Shown: positions 52,673 through 62,739, numbered from the stretch's first letter. The stretch: 64,000 nt of DNA from Rubripirellula sp. (GCA_965216875.1 OZ244207.1:544001-608000); one strand, 5' to 3'. Notes: generated by a model from the sequence alone, not told the origin. A program made the numbers and translations.

Positions 52673-53297
52673 TTAAGTGCTCCTTCAGTGATTTAAAGAT
52701 GGCATTATAGACTTCGATATCTTTGGTAGGCGGAAGGTGTATTTCGATGTTGTATCGAAGTCCACCAAACGCCGGCATTTGAACTTGGCTTGTGTCCGCC
52801 TTTGCTTCCTTGTCTGGCGATTCCCCGCGGTCTTCAGTTCCTTGATTCTCATCACCCGTTGGTGCCCCATTTCGTCTTGCGGCATCAAGGTCTGCGAGGT
52901 CGAGCAAAGCAAAAAACGTTTTTGCTTGCTCTTTCGCGACCCTATCGGATGCGTTGTGAAATGACTTAAATTTTCCCTCAATCGAAGCGCGATCCGCTTC
53001 CGTAGGGTTCTCATTGACGTGGAACACCTCTTCGTACGCTTCGTGGAGTGCTTCTGCCATCACCTCACGTGATCGCGATTTGTCGCGGTAGTCATGGTAG
53101 CGCTGCGTTGGACTGCCATCGCCGGTCAAAAACCCGAGGTCCTTAAGCACAGGGATGATCCCCATGTCATTGCTGCTCTTGAAGCCAATCCCCTTGAGAT
53201 GTGCCTGGGAGAATTTCTCTGGCGCGGTACCCTCGATGATCTTTTGCATGATCGCGTGCAGGTTTTTGGTGCTGGTCATGTAGCGTGAAGTCAACAA
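52662..53297 (-). CDS. DUF5343-like protein
   Basis: PEKFSQAHLKGIGFKSSND, LGFLTGDGSPTQRY, C-terminal YNIEIHLPPTKDIEVYNAIFKSLKEHL; overlaps HEPN gene. Confidence 0.75.
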   Translation of the reverse strand: MLTSRYMTSTKNLHAIMQKIIEGTAPEKFSQAHLKGIGFKSSNDMGIIPVLKDLGFLTGDGSPTQRYHDYRDKSRSREVMAEALHEAYEEVFHVNENPTEADRASIEGKFKSFHNASDRVAKEQAKTFFALLDLADLDAARRNGAPTGDENQGTEDRGESPDKEAKADTSQVQMPAFGGLRYNIEIHLPPTKDIEVYNAIFKSLKEHLIED

Positions 53298-53576
53298 TTT
53301 GATCTCCCTTCTCGTTCTCGTGGTATGGAGGGATTGAATAACTATTCAGCGAGTACAGACCCAGTCTACATTTATCTGGTTCGCGCCCGCAATCGACCGC
53401 GTATGGCGGGAGATGGCCCGGATATCGACCACTCCCCGTCAATGGATTTAGAACGAGCGTCGATTCTAAATCGTCGGGTTAGGTAGCGGCGGCTGCCGTG
53501 ATGGATCGACGTTCGGCATTGGCTTTCTGCTGGGCGTCGATGCATCGGCCCATTCCCCAGCCGGAAAGCCATTCTG

Positions 53577-54953
53577 ATGATCGAAAACCCATTCTTGCGT
53601 GACATGGAATCCTATCTCTACACCGTAGGCTTTCCGCCGCCTGACTTCCTTGACTTCGCGGATGCGATGGTGCTGCCCAGAATCGACCTGCCTTTCAAGC
53701 AAGCCAGCAAGATCAAGGAAAAGCGATGGGAAGCGACCTGCTGCGCCCACAACCTGATCTACGCGGGGCTCGTCAATCGGACGGTTGCGGACTCCCGTGA
53801 TGGCAAAGGCAAATCACGAGCTCGCGTCTGGGACGCGATCATCAAGGCCGGATTCGCTGATAGATGTACTGGGAGCGAGCAATCCGGCAAAGTGACACGC
53901 TATTACCCTCGTGCCAAACTGCTGCGGCTTCGGAAGCAGTGGAAATTGGATTTGCTGATCGACCTTCAGCTAGAACGCAACACTGAACGTCCACACGATC
54001 CAACGAAGCAAGCGTTGGTCCTCCTGCATAGCAGCAAGGTCGATCCAGTCACAGGGCTGAAGTTGGACGAGTTGGATCAAAAGCAACCGCTGTCTTTTCA
54101 CGACTGGGCAAAGAACGAAGCCGGACCACGGGGGATGCAGAGCGGACTTGAGTACGTACAAGCGATGGAGGATCTGATCGAACGAATCAACCGATCCAAC
54201 CTGCGGCATTCCTGGCAGGCATTTCACGTCAATCCCATGAGCAGCAAGGAAACGGCATTTCAACCCAATTCATGTGTCAGACAGATTCACGTCGGTGAGA
54301 TGTTTCGGGGCACGCGACTCTACTCGTGGTCACTGCTGTCCGGCCAGAGCCTACCGAAAGAAGATCGCAAGCGAATGCTGATCGATGGCGAGCCGGTAGC
54401 CGAGTTTGACTATTCAGGTATGGCGACGCGGATGCTTTACCACCGAACACGTCTGAGAGGGCCCAAGGGCGACGTGTACAAGCCGGACGAATTGTTCCCA
54501 AGGTTTTACGCGTTCGAACCTAGCCCCGAAACGGCCGAGATCGTGCGTGAATTCGGGAAACGGGCCACGAACATCTGCTGGAACGTTTCCAGCCGAGCCA
54601 ATGCAAATTCGGCGATCAGCAAACTGATTACCGATCATCCCGATCGCGACCTGATCGAATCCGTTTTGAAATCGGAGGGGATGAAACGCACCGATGTCGT
54701 GACACGCATCCAAGCAGCCCATCCGAAACTGGCCGAGGATTTCTTTTCAGGAGTCGGAATCGAACTGATGACCGTTGACGGCAGCATTATGCTCCGCATT
54801 CTCGAAACGTTTGCCGACGCCGATAAGCCAGTGCTGGGCATTCACGATTCCATCGTGGTACGCGAATCAGACCGCAGGTTTGCCAGGCGAACGATGAAAG
54901 ACGCTTACCGCCGATTCATGCTTTTTGAGCCCGTGATCAAACGTGTCTATTAG
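53577..54953 (+). CDS. Stand-alone PolA-superfamily polymerase (TV-Pol-like)
   Basis: RLY...QSLPKEDRKRMLIDGEPVAEFDYS (motif A), LMTVDGSIM, VLGIHDSIVV (motif C); no exonuclease domains evident. Confidence 0.65.
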   Translation: MIENPFLRDMESYLYTVGFPPPDFLDFADAMVLPRIDLPFKQASKIKEKRWEATCCAHNLIYAGLVNRTVADSRDGKGKSRARVWDAIIKAGFADRCTGSEQSGKVTRYYPRAKLLRLRKQWKLDLLIDLQLERNTERPHDPTKQALVLLHSSKVDPVTGLKLDELDQKQPLSFHDWAKNEAGPRGMQSGLEYVQAMEDLIERINRSNLRHSWQAFHVNPMSSKETAFQPNSCVRQIHVGEMFRGTRLYSWSLLSGQSLPKEDRKRMLIDGEPVAEFDYSGMATRMLYHRTRLRGPKGDVYKPDELFPRFYAFEPSPETAEIVREFGKRATNICWNVSSRANANSAISKLITDHPDRDLIESVLKSEGMKRTDVVTRIQAAHPKLAEDFFSGVGIELMTVDGSIMLRILETFADADKPVLGIHDSIVVRESDRRFARRTMKDAYRRFMLFEPVIKRVY

Positions 54954-55472
54954 GGTCTTCGTAACTCGTTGCAAAAGCCCGAGTTACGAGTTTTTGGCGG
55001 GGTAATATAGGAATAGAAATCCCGAATAGAAAACCCAACCGCCCCCCGCCCCTCCCTCCGCCCTCCCCAAAGGAGGGCGGAAAGGGAGGAAGCGGAACGC
55101 GGAAACGGATGAATAAGAAACGAACCCAACGTTAGACGTGTTACGGTTGCACGGTAGACGTCATCAGCACGTGGCACGTCCTAGACGCTGTCGGAAGTCG
55201 TAGACCCAACGTCCTGCGTCGGTACGCCTTTTGGTGCCTTATTGGGCGTTCGTGCGTAAAAAAAGATGAACTTTTTTAAGTTGTGCCGCAGCAAGCGTTT
55301 GCGTCAACGCAATATGCGCAATTGACGCGTTTCTGAGCGCATCAACGTGTTTTTCTGGGCGCATAACTCAGGGTATCCAGCGATATAGATGTGCACGGGA
55401 TGATTCATCGTCGAATTGCCCATACACGAACTCGGATCGTGTAGAGCTCTACACGCTAAGACTGAGAGCATC

Positions 55473-56144
55473 ATGCCAAGGTATCGAACGCCCCATTGGA
55501 CCGACGGACGAATCGCGAAGCTGCATGGAAGTGCACTAACCAGACGGTTCGCCAATCTTGCCGAGGTCGCGAATAAGTACCACAGGATATGCGCTGAGAA
55601 TGAGCAGTCAGCTTTGGATTGCGCCAAAAAAGTAGGTGATGCTCTGACCGAGGCCAAGCGTCGGTGTGGTCATCGCAAGAAGTGGTCGAAGTGGCGCAGC
55701 GACAACTTCGCTGGATCAAAAGAGACTTCATGCCACTACATGCGAATCGCTCGTGAATGGAACAATCCCAAAATCCGCGAGGCGATGGCACGCGGTGAGA
55801 TCAAGAGTATCAACCAGTTTCTCGCGGTGCTTCGCAGAAAGGGAAATCCCAAATCGCAAACGACAGCGGAACAACGACACGTAATCAGGCTATTCACGAA
55901 ACTTGCCAAAGATCTGAACTGGGCCGACCAAAACCGTTTGGCAATGCATAGCACGGCCCAGGACGTAATGCCCAAATTGAGTGATTTTTTGCTAGAAGTA
56001 CTGAAGGGGTATCCAGTTCCACATCTGGTCGAGGTTTACCCAGGAGAGTACGAGATCAACTACTACGATGACGGCGATCAAGCTGAGGTGACCATGCCTC
56101 CTGGTATCAAACCACGCACCCAAAAAAGAGCCAAAAACCGGTAA
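55473..56144 (+). CDS. DUF3102-like phage/MGE DNA-binding protein
   Basis: ALDCAKKVGDALTEAKRRCGHRKKWSKW...SKETSCHYMRIA. Confidence 0.65.
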   Translation: MPRYRTPHWTDGRIAKLHGSALTRRFANLAEVANKYHRICAENEQSALDCAKKVGDALTEAKRRCGHRKKWSKWRSDNFAGSKETSCHYMRIAREWNNPKIREAMARGEIKSINQFLAVLRRKGNPKSQTTAEQRHVIRLFTKLAKDLNWADQNRLAMHSTAQDVMPKLSDFLLEVLKGYPVPHLVEVYPGEYEINYYDDGDQAEVTMPPGIKPRTQKRAKNR

Positions 56145-56208
56145 TGGCTAAGGCTACCTATCAGCCGGATTCCTTTTCCATGATTGGTCCTGTGTCTTGG
56201 AATGTGGA

Positions 56209-57279
56209 TCAGGAGTTCTGATAAACTGCACGGCCAACCTTCAGCACATCGCGGCGATAGTCGCGATCCCACCTTGAAAAGCGCTCCATAGTTCTTTCGT
56301 CTTGGTGTGCAGCGAGAACAAGAACAGCACACCAATGGTCGACATCACCCATCGCATGTTTATGTGAATCAGCGAACATCTCGAAAACTTCTTTTGCGCG
56401 AGGCACGGATTTTCTCAATACCGCGTCCAACTCGCCGAGGGTCGAGATTTCGGTTGCTTTGCACGCTGCAAGCAGATCTTCAGAGTCAGGCTGGGCTCTT
56501 GCCGCTTTGAGCTTACTCTTGGACACCGCGTCCATAACATCACGCACAATGCTCGCTTCTTCGCAGTACTGCTCGATCGAAATCGCGTTAATTTCAATCT
56601 TCAGTGTTTTGTCCGCCAACTGCTCGGACACTTCCTTAGCAAGTGATTCTTGCTGCGCCTTTAAGCTCGTAAACTCGTCGTCGGCTAACTCAAACAACCC
56701 TGCAAGTCTCATGAGACGTCGCCGAAACTTGGATGGAACGTCAGATTCGCGCTTGTATTGCAAATGATGGGAAATTGCCGCCCATGCGTGCTGAAGAACT
56801 GTCCTTACCTGAATTTCGCACACCAATCCCACGAACGCATCCCATTCTGGCAACTTCGCCCGAGCATCGTTGAGCGATACGACTAGGTGGACGGACAGAT
56901 ACCCAAACTGATCTGCATCCAATTCCGACGATTTATCAATGCTGCGTGCGTCATCAACCTCGAACTCGTTCCGCAGAATCTTGGTAACTTCATCTACGTC
57001 CTCTTGGTAGTACAGAATCACGCGAGCGCCTGCGAGGTCGGGCAACTCATCAAGCGGGTTCGTGTAGGATTTGCCGGGTCGCTGAATCTTTTCCGCAAAA
57101 CTCTCAATACTCTTTGCACGTGATTCAGTGGTGTGGTGCGGGATCGAGTGTTTCTTTATCAGTTGGAGAATCAGCAATTCGATGCGGCGAGCAAATTCTT
57201 GAATTCGAGGTTGCATCATGCCATAGTCGGCGACCAATTGATCATGATCCGTTGCATTTCTCCGGCGTTTTTTTCCCAT
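56209..57279 (-). CDS. RelA/SpoT-domain (small alarmone synthetase-like) protein
   Basis: SRAKSIESFAEK, DLAGARVI, GYLSVHLVV, EIQVRTVLQHAWAAISHHLQYK. Confidence 0.88.
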   Translation of the reverse strand: MGKKRRRNATDHDQLVADYGMMQPRIQEFARRIELLILQLIKKHSIPHHTTESRAKSIESFAEKIQRPGKSYTNPLDELPDLAGARVILYYQEDVDEVTKILRNEFEVDDARSIDKSSELDADQFGYLSVHLVVSLNDARAKLPEWDAFVGLVCEIQVRTVLQHAWAAISHHLQYKRESDVPSKFRRRLMRLAGLFELADDEFTSLKAQQESLAKEVSEQLADKTLKIEINAISIEQYCEEASIVRDVMDAVSKSKLKAARAQPDSEDLLAACKATEISTLGELDAVLRKSVPRAKEVFEMFADSHKHAMGDVDHWCAVLVLAAHQDERTMERFSRWDRDYRRDVLKVGRAVYQNS

Positions 57280-57698
57280 AGATCCTTTGCTCAACAAGAG
57301 ACTGCAGTTAGGCCCACGGCGGGGATACCAATACTTGTTCCGCTGATGGTCGTAATGTAACAGGGTGCGGCTATAGATGCGAAAGCGCTACGCTGGGGTA
57401 GGGATCGCAGTGGCTCAGTATCAGTATCCGGCAGCGGCACCGCATTCCGCACCGTGATTCACGGGGTCAGCGTCATCCGTGATCCGCTCACGACGATCTA
57501 TAGATGAAACTGGCCATCGGTTCGGAGCTGCGCTAGAAAACGGGTCCAGGTACGCGAGAGATATTCGCGGCCAACGGGAGCGACGCCTAACGCTTTGCCT
57601 TCCGTATTCGCCCGAAGCGTCGCATAGGAAATGCAAACGCCGTAGAGCGCGATTTAGAACGCCTACGCGACGTGTTCTCCAACGAAAGGAGCCAACCG

Positions 57699-58322
57699 AT
57701 GCCGAAACAGAAACCCGTTGCGATCTATGCCCGTGTCAGCTCGCAGAAGCAGGACACCGCCAGCCAGTTGCCGGACCTGAAACGCTGGGCCGATGCCCAA
57801 GACGCGGACGTGCTGTGGTTCGAGGACGAAGTTAGCGGCACGACGATGGACCGACCGCAATGGTCTGAGGTCGCCAAGCTGATTAGCGCTCGAAGGATCT
57901 CAGCCGTTGTTGTTTGGCGGTTGGATCGTCTTGGACGTAACGTCAGCGGGCTTTCCAGTTTGTTCGATGAGATGCGGGCCAAGGGCGTTGATCTGGTCAG
58001 CCTGAAAGACGGTCTGACGTTATCGACGCCAGCCGGACGATTGATGGCTAACGTCCTCGCCAGCGTTGCACAGTTTGAAACGGAGATCAGAGCCGAGCGC
58101 GTGTTGGCTGGTCAGGCGAAGGCGAAAGCGAACGGCAAGACGTGGGGCGGAAGCAAGCCAGGTGTGCGGAAGAAAGTAACGCAGGAACAGATCGATGCGA
58201 TTGAGATGCTGTACGACGAGGAGATGTCTACTGCCGCCATCGCACGAACGGTGAAGCTCGGACGAAACACCGTAGCCAGCGTTATTCGCGAGATTCGAGA
58301 AAACTCCCCTTTTCGTAAATGA
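57699..58322 (+). CDS. Small serine resolvase/invertase with C-terminal HTH
   Basis: IYARVSS, VWRLDRLGRN, TPAGRLMANVLASVAQFE. Confidence 0.92.
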   Translation: MPKQKPVAIYARVSSQKQDTASQLPDLKRWADAQDADVLWFEDEVSGTTMDRPQWSEVAKLISARRISAVVVWRLDRLGRNVSGLSSLFDEMRAKGVDLVSLKDGLTLSTPAGRLMANVLASVAQFETEIRAERVLAGQAKAKANGKTWGGSKPGVRKKVTQEQIDAIEMLYDEEMSTAAIARTVKLGRNTVASVIREIRENSPFRK

Positions 58323-58362
58323 ATGGTGGTTGGCGGCCTGATGCTTGTCATACGTTCCGCGT

Positions 58363-58737
58363 ATGACGAGAGCCAAGAGCCACCGAAACGAACTACCTTC
58401 CAAATACGAGCGGGGATTCCTGAAAGGACTGGACCGACGTACGCAAATCTACGCGCGGCTGACTGCGATACACGATGAAATCGTGGACGATCTGGGCGGC
58501 AAGGATGGGCTATCGCATACGAAGCTCGCATTGATCGAACGCTTCGTATTTCTTGAAGCCGTGATCCAGAAGATGGAACTGGACATGGCCAAGTCCAAGA
58601 CGCTCAATGGCGAGGAGCTTAATCGCTGGATCCAAGGCCTGAACTCAATGACGGGTCTGGCCAAAACGATCGGCTTGGAACGCCGCCAACGAGCGGTCAA
58701 CGTTCGCGACTACGCCAAGAAAAGGGCCGCGTCATGA
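58363..58737 (+). CDS. Putative terminase small subunit
   Basis: Small helical protein overlapping the TerL start (ATGA); call rests mainly on position. Confidence 0.5.
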   Translation: MTRAKSHRNELPSKYERGFLKGLDRRTQIYARLTAIHDEIVDDLGGKDGLSHTKLALIERFVFLEAVIQKMELDMAKSKTLNGEELNRWIQGLNSMTGLAKTIGLERRQRAVNVRDYAKKRAAS

Positions 58738-60137
58738 ATATCGTCCAAGCGATTAAGGATGAAAACCTGATCCAGCCTTTCTTGGGCGATGACTTGAGTT
58801 CTTGGCGTCCATGGGTATCGGCCCTCCGTGTGATGTATGGGTTGCCGTTGTCACGGTCCGATCGCATCCGAGCGAGGAAATGCACCGGACGCGATCCGGC
58901 AGGGATGCCGGCGGAGGGCTTTGATACTGCTCTTTTCCTGACCGGCAGACGTAGCGGCAAGTCGCGTATTGCATCGGTGATCGGTGCATACGAGGCGATC
59001 CTGGCGGGTCACGAGGATCGGCTGTCCAAGGGTGAACAAGGCGTCGTGGCGGTCTGCGCTCCAACGAAACACCAAGCCCAGATCGTGAAAAGCTATCTGC
59101 GTGCGGTGTTTGATTGCGGCTTCCTTCGCCACGAGGTGAGCAGCGATACCAGCGACGGGTTCAGCCTGAACAACGGCAACCGCATCACGATTCTCGCTGG
59201 CGACTGGCGAACGATTCGCGGGTTCACGTTGATCGCCGCCATCATCGATGAAGCTTGCTTTTTCGGATACGACGCAGAGTCAAAAGTCCGCAGTGATACG
59301 GAGCTCGTGCGGGCGATCAAACCGGCACTGGCAACGGTGGGCGGCAAGCTGATCTGTATCAGTAGCCCATACGCCAAGCAAGGCTATTGCTTCCAGCAGA
59401 CGAAGAAGCAGCACGGCAACGACAAAGGCAAAAACCTTGTCTGGTGGGCCCCATCGCAAACGATGAACCCCACGCTTCCGCAAAAGGCAATCGATGACGC
59501 CTTGGCGGAGGATTACGCAGCGGCACGTTCTGAGTATTTCGCCGAATTCCGTGATGACGTGGCCGCGTACATTTCCCGCGAAGTCGTGGAACGGTTGGTC
59601 GTGTCAGGTCGCACGCGACTATTGCCCAGACCAGATACGCGTTACTTCGCTTTCGCTGATATGAGCGGTGGGCGTGGTGACGCATCCGTGTTGGCGATTG
59701 CCCATCGCGAGGACGGCAAGATTGTCCTCGATTCCATCGTTGAATTCAAACCGCCATTTAACCCGATCGACGTGATTGAAACGTTCTGCGACGAGCTTCG
59801 GCGTTACCGATGCGGCAGGGTGATGGGCGACAACTACGCGGCTGAATTCGTCTGCCGGACCTTCAATGGTTTCGGCGTGCGCTACATCAAATGCGAGAAG
59901 CCCAAAAGCGTCCTGTACGCCGAGCTTCTGCCTCACTTATGCGCCGACGGTCTGAGTCTTCTGGATCACCCTCCGATACTAGATCAGATAGCCGGTTTAG
60001 AACGCCGTACACGAAGCGGAGGGCGTGACATTATCGACCACCGACCGGGAGCCCATGACGACGTTGCCAACGCGGTAGCGGGCGTGGTCGTGGCGGCCAC
60101 CAAACGCGGTCGCAAATTCGGAGCCATTTGCAATTAG
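58734..60137 (+). CDS. Terminase large subunit-like protein
   Basis: Walker A GRRSGKS, Walker B AIIDE, ISSP, nuclease DMSGGRGD and HDDVANA. Confidence 0.82.
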   Translation: MNIVQAIKDENLIQPFLGDDLSSWRPWVSALRVMYGLPLSRSDRIRARKCTGRDPAGMPAEGFDTALFLTGRRSGKSRIASVIGAYEAILAGHEDRLSKGEQGVVAVCAPTKHQAQIVKSYLRAVFDCGFLRHEVSSDTSDGFSLNNGNRITILAGDWRTIRGFTLIAAIIDEACFFGYDAESKVRSDTELVRAIKPALATVGGKLICISSPYAKQGYCFQQTKKQHGNDKGKNLVWWAPSQTMNPTLPQKAIDDALAEDYAAARSEYFAEFRDDVAAYISREVVERLVVSGRTRLLPRPDTRYFAFADMSGGRGDASVLAIAHREDGKIVLDSIVEFKPPFNPIDVIETFCDELRRYRCGRVMGDNYAAEFVCRTFNGFGVRYIKCEKPKSVLYAELLPHLCADGLSLLDHPPILDQIAGLERRTRSGGRDIIDHRPGAHDDVANAVAGVVVAATKRGRKFGAICN

Positions 60138-60146
60138 GAGCATGGA

Positions 60147-60659
60147 ATGAACGACAACGAGTTTCGCCGACAGAAGCTTGCCGATTACGAAGCGAGGCAC
60201 AGCAAGCCGGATCATCCGCCCCTGCTCGTCGGTGGCTGGGTGTATTACCCGGATGGAGCCGCACGTGAAAAGAATCCTTGGGCTGGTGCTTGGTGTGAGC
60301 CTGATCCTGATCCGCTAAGTCGAGCGAAAACGATTTTGTTCTATCACGAGAAGCGGTTGGAGTTCGCGGTTACGGAATTCCAGTATCTCAAGAGCAGCCT
60401 GAAAGCTCAGGCCAAGTCCGAATACCTGGGCCGTCCCTGTCCGCCGAATAGCCTGGTTCAACGCGAAGGCATGCGGAAGCTCAAAGACATGAAAAGCAGT
60501 ATCGAGGTCCTTCAACGGCGATTTGAAAAGGCCGAGCAGGAGCTGAAAGAGATCGAAGACAACCACCCATCGTCGAGACGGCATCAACAGCGACGTGATG
60601 CCGAACACCGACAGACTGCCGAGGAGTTCGTCGCTGAAATCAACGACATCGAGATTTGA
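60147..60659 (+). CDS. Hypothetical coiled-coil protein
   Basis: AGGAG upstream; follows TerL in an operon. Confidence 0.65.
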   Translation: MNDNEFRRQKLADYEARHSKPDHPPLLVGGWVYYPDGAAREKNPWAGAWCEPDPDPLSRAKTILFYHEKRLEFAVTEFQYLKSSLKAQAKSEYLGRPCPPNSLVQREGMRKLKDMKSSIEVLQRRFEKAEQELKEIEDNHPSSRRHQQRRDAEHRQTAEEFVAEINDIEI

Positions 60660-61092
60660 AAGGATCGATCCAATGACGTACGTACGCAACGTTAGACAAT
60701 CGCCGAAACCTTTGGAGCGCCCACCGGCTTTGTTTATTGATGAGACCATCTGTGGACCCCGTGCTTCAGGTCGGGAACTGTCTCGCCCATCGCTTCAGTC
60801 GGGACGGCAAGCGACCGGGAGTATCGGGATCGCCATGAATCAGCTTTCGCCTCCCGCGAGGCTTCCCAGTGCCCCGAGGTTTTTCAGTTAGATGCGATCA
60901 CGGCTGCGCATTCGGGGGTGTCCTCTGTGGTTCGTCTCATCTACCCGGAAGTGCCACGCCGCGAGGTGTGCGCTAGCGTAGCCGTAGGGCGGCAAGGTTG
61001 GAGCTTGATCACTCCGATCGGACCAACTAACTGCACGACGGTTGGTCAGCCGCCCTTTTCTCTCCCTGTGTCGTGCGAAAGGTCGTGCAACT

Positions 61093-62739
61093 ATGTCCAA
61101 GAAGCGCAAACGCCTTATCAAGGCTGTTGCTTACCTCCGTCGCTCTACCACAGACCAAGAGGCGAGCCTCGACGAGCAACGTGCAACCATCATCGCCTAC
61201 GCCAAAGCGAACGGATACAGAATCATCCGTTGGTACGAAGACGACGGCATAAGCGGCGATGATACGGAAAAGCGTGTCGGTTTCCTTCGCATGATCGACG
61301 ATGCCACGTCTGGCGAATTCAAATTCATTCTGTGCTGGGACCAGGATCGCTTTGGGCGGTTCGACAGTTTAGAAGCCGGTTACTACATCACACCAATCCG
61401 AAACGCCGGAGTTCAACTGGTAACGGTGAACGAAGGGCCGATTGACTGGAACAACTTTGCCGACCGTTTGACCTACAGCATCAAACAGGAAGGCAAACAC
61501 CAGTTCCTCCGCGACCTATCACGCAATGTCCTGCGAGGGCAAAGCGAGGCGGCGAAGCAAGGAAGTTGGATCGGAAGCCCGCCGTACGGTTATCTCCTAG
61601 AGGGCAACTGCAAGAACAAACGACTGGTCGTTGACGAGCCCAGAATGGCGATCGTGCGACGGTTGTTCAAAGAATACGTAGACGATGGACGTTCGCTTTC
61701 AGAGATTGCCAAACGCCTCACGGACGAAGGCGAGCCAACGCCTAAAGGTAAAAGGCAATGGCGTGGTGACACCGTGAGATTCCTTTTGGCGAATCCGGCC
61801 TACATCGGCACGTTCCGGTACAACACTGCCGGGAGCTCCAAGTACCACAGTTTCAGGCGTGGAGCAATTGCACAAGGCGGTTACCGAGGACGCAAGCCAG
61901 TAGAGGATTGGGTCGTGATTCCGAATCACCACCCAGCCGAGATCGACAAGGACGCCTTCGATCGTGCTCAAGCGATGATCGCAAAGAACCGAAACGGGCA
62001 GACCAATTATCCAGCAGGCGACAATCCGTACATCTTCAGCGGCGTGTTGCGTTGTGGTCGATGCGGTGCGTTGATGATTGGCGACGATGGGAACCGCTAT
62101 CGATGCGGCAATCGTCGAGCGAAGAAACGGTGTTTGGGAACGGTCGTGCGTGAGGACCATCTGCTGGAACATCTGACGCGTACGCTCAACAAGCATTTGA
62201 TCGACGATGATCCTGAAATGCTGGCCGCTGAATGGTCTGCCGATAGATGGGAACTGCGGCCAGAGGATGTCCCAAAGACGTTCGAGCGAATGCGTCGAAT
62301 CATGAAAGGAAACGACGGCAGGGATTTCGCGAGGGACGCGAAGCGACTGCGGGCCAAGATTGCAAAGATTGATACACAGCTCGCAAAGCTGCGTCGCAAC
62401 ATCGGGTACGTCGATGATCCGGCAACCATTACCGTCATCTCAGAGGAGATTGAGAAGCACGAAGAAGAACGCGGTACATTGCAGCGGCAGATCGAATCGC
62501 AGCCAACGGAGATCAACGTCAACTACGCGGTGCTGGACCTGATCGGGGACATGATGCACCTGCATTCCGGCAACAAGGCCGTAGTGCGTCGCGTGGTCCG
62601 AGAGGTCGATCGGATCACCGTTCACACGCATCGACGCGGAAAGGGGAATGGCACGCGACACCGCCTCAAGTCGATAGAAATCACGTGGCTAGGAGTGGGG
62701 CCGACTGCGAGTAAGTCGAACTCTCGCCGAACGGATTAA
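61093..62739 (+). CDS. Large serine recombinase (integrase)
   Basis: AYLRRST catalytic Ser, DRFGR, recombinase domain (PPYGY, NPAYIG), zinc ribbon CGRCG...C...C, coiled coil; C-terminus crosses the att core. Confidence 0.93.
   Translation: MSKKRKRLIKAVAYLRRSTTDQEASLDEQRATIIAYAKANGYRIIRWYEDDGISGDDTEKRVGFLRMIDDATSGEFKFILCWDQDRFGRFDSLEAGYYITPIRNAGVQLVTVNEGPIDWNNFADRLTYSIKQEGKHQFLRDLSRNVLRGQSEAAKQGSWIGSPPYGYLLEGNCKNKRLVVDEPRMAIVRRLFKEYVDDGRSLSEIAKRLTDEGEPTPKGKRQWRGDTVRFLLANPAYIGTFRYNTAGSSKYHSFRRGAIAQGGYRGRKPVEDWVVIPNHHPAEIDKDAFDRAQAMIAKNRNGQTNYPAGDNPYIFSGVLRCGRCGALMIGDDGNRYRCGNRRAKKRCLGTVVREDHLLEHLTRTLNKHLIDDDPEMLAAEWSADRWELRPEDVPKTFERMRRIMKGNDGRDFARDAKRLRAKIAKIDTQLAKLRRNIGYVDDPATITVISEEIEKHEEERGTLQRQIESQPTEINVNYAVLDLIGDMMHLHSGNKAVVRRVVREVDRITVHTHRRGKGNGTRHRLKSIEITWLGVGPTASKSNSRRTD

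Larger units (their letters stand above)
50632..62721. mobile_element. ~12.1 kb integrative, phage-satellite-like element inserted in tRNA-Lys(UUU)
   Basis: Shared TCGAAC core at 50632-50637 and 62716-62721; terminal large serine recombinase; terminase, polymerase and resolvase genes. Confidence 0.88.

Noticed and set aside
50632..62721. Complete prophage
   Set aside because: No recognisable capsid, portal, tail or lysis genes within the att boundaries.
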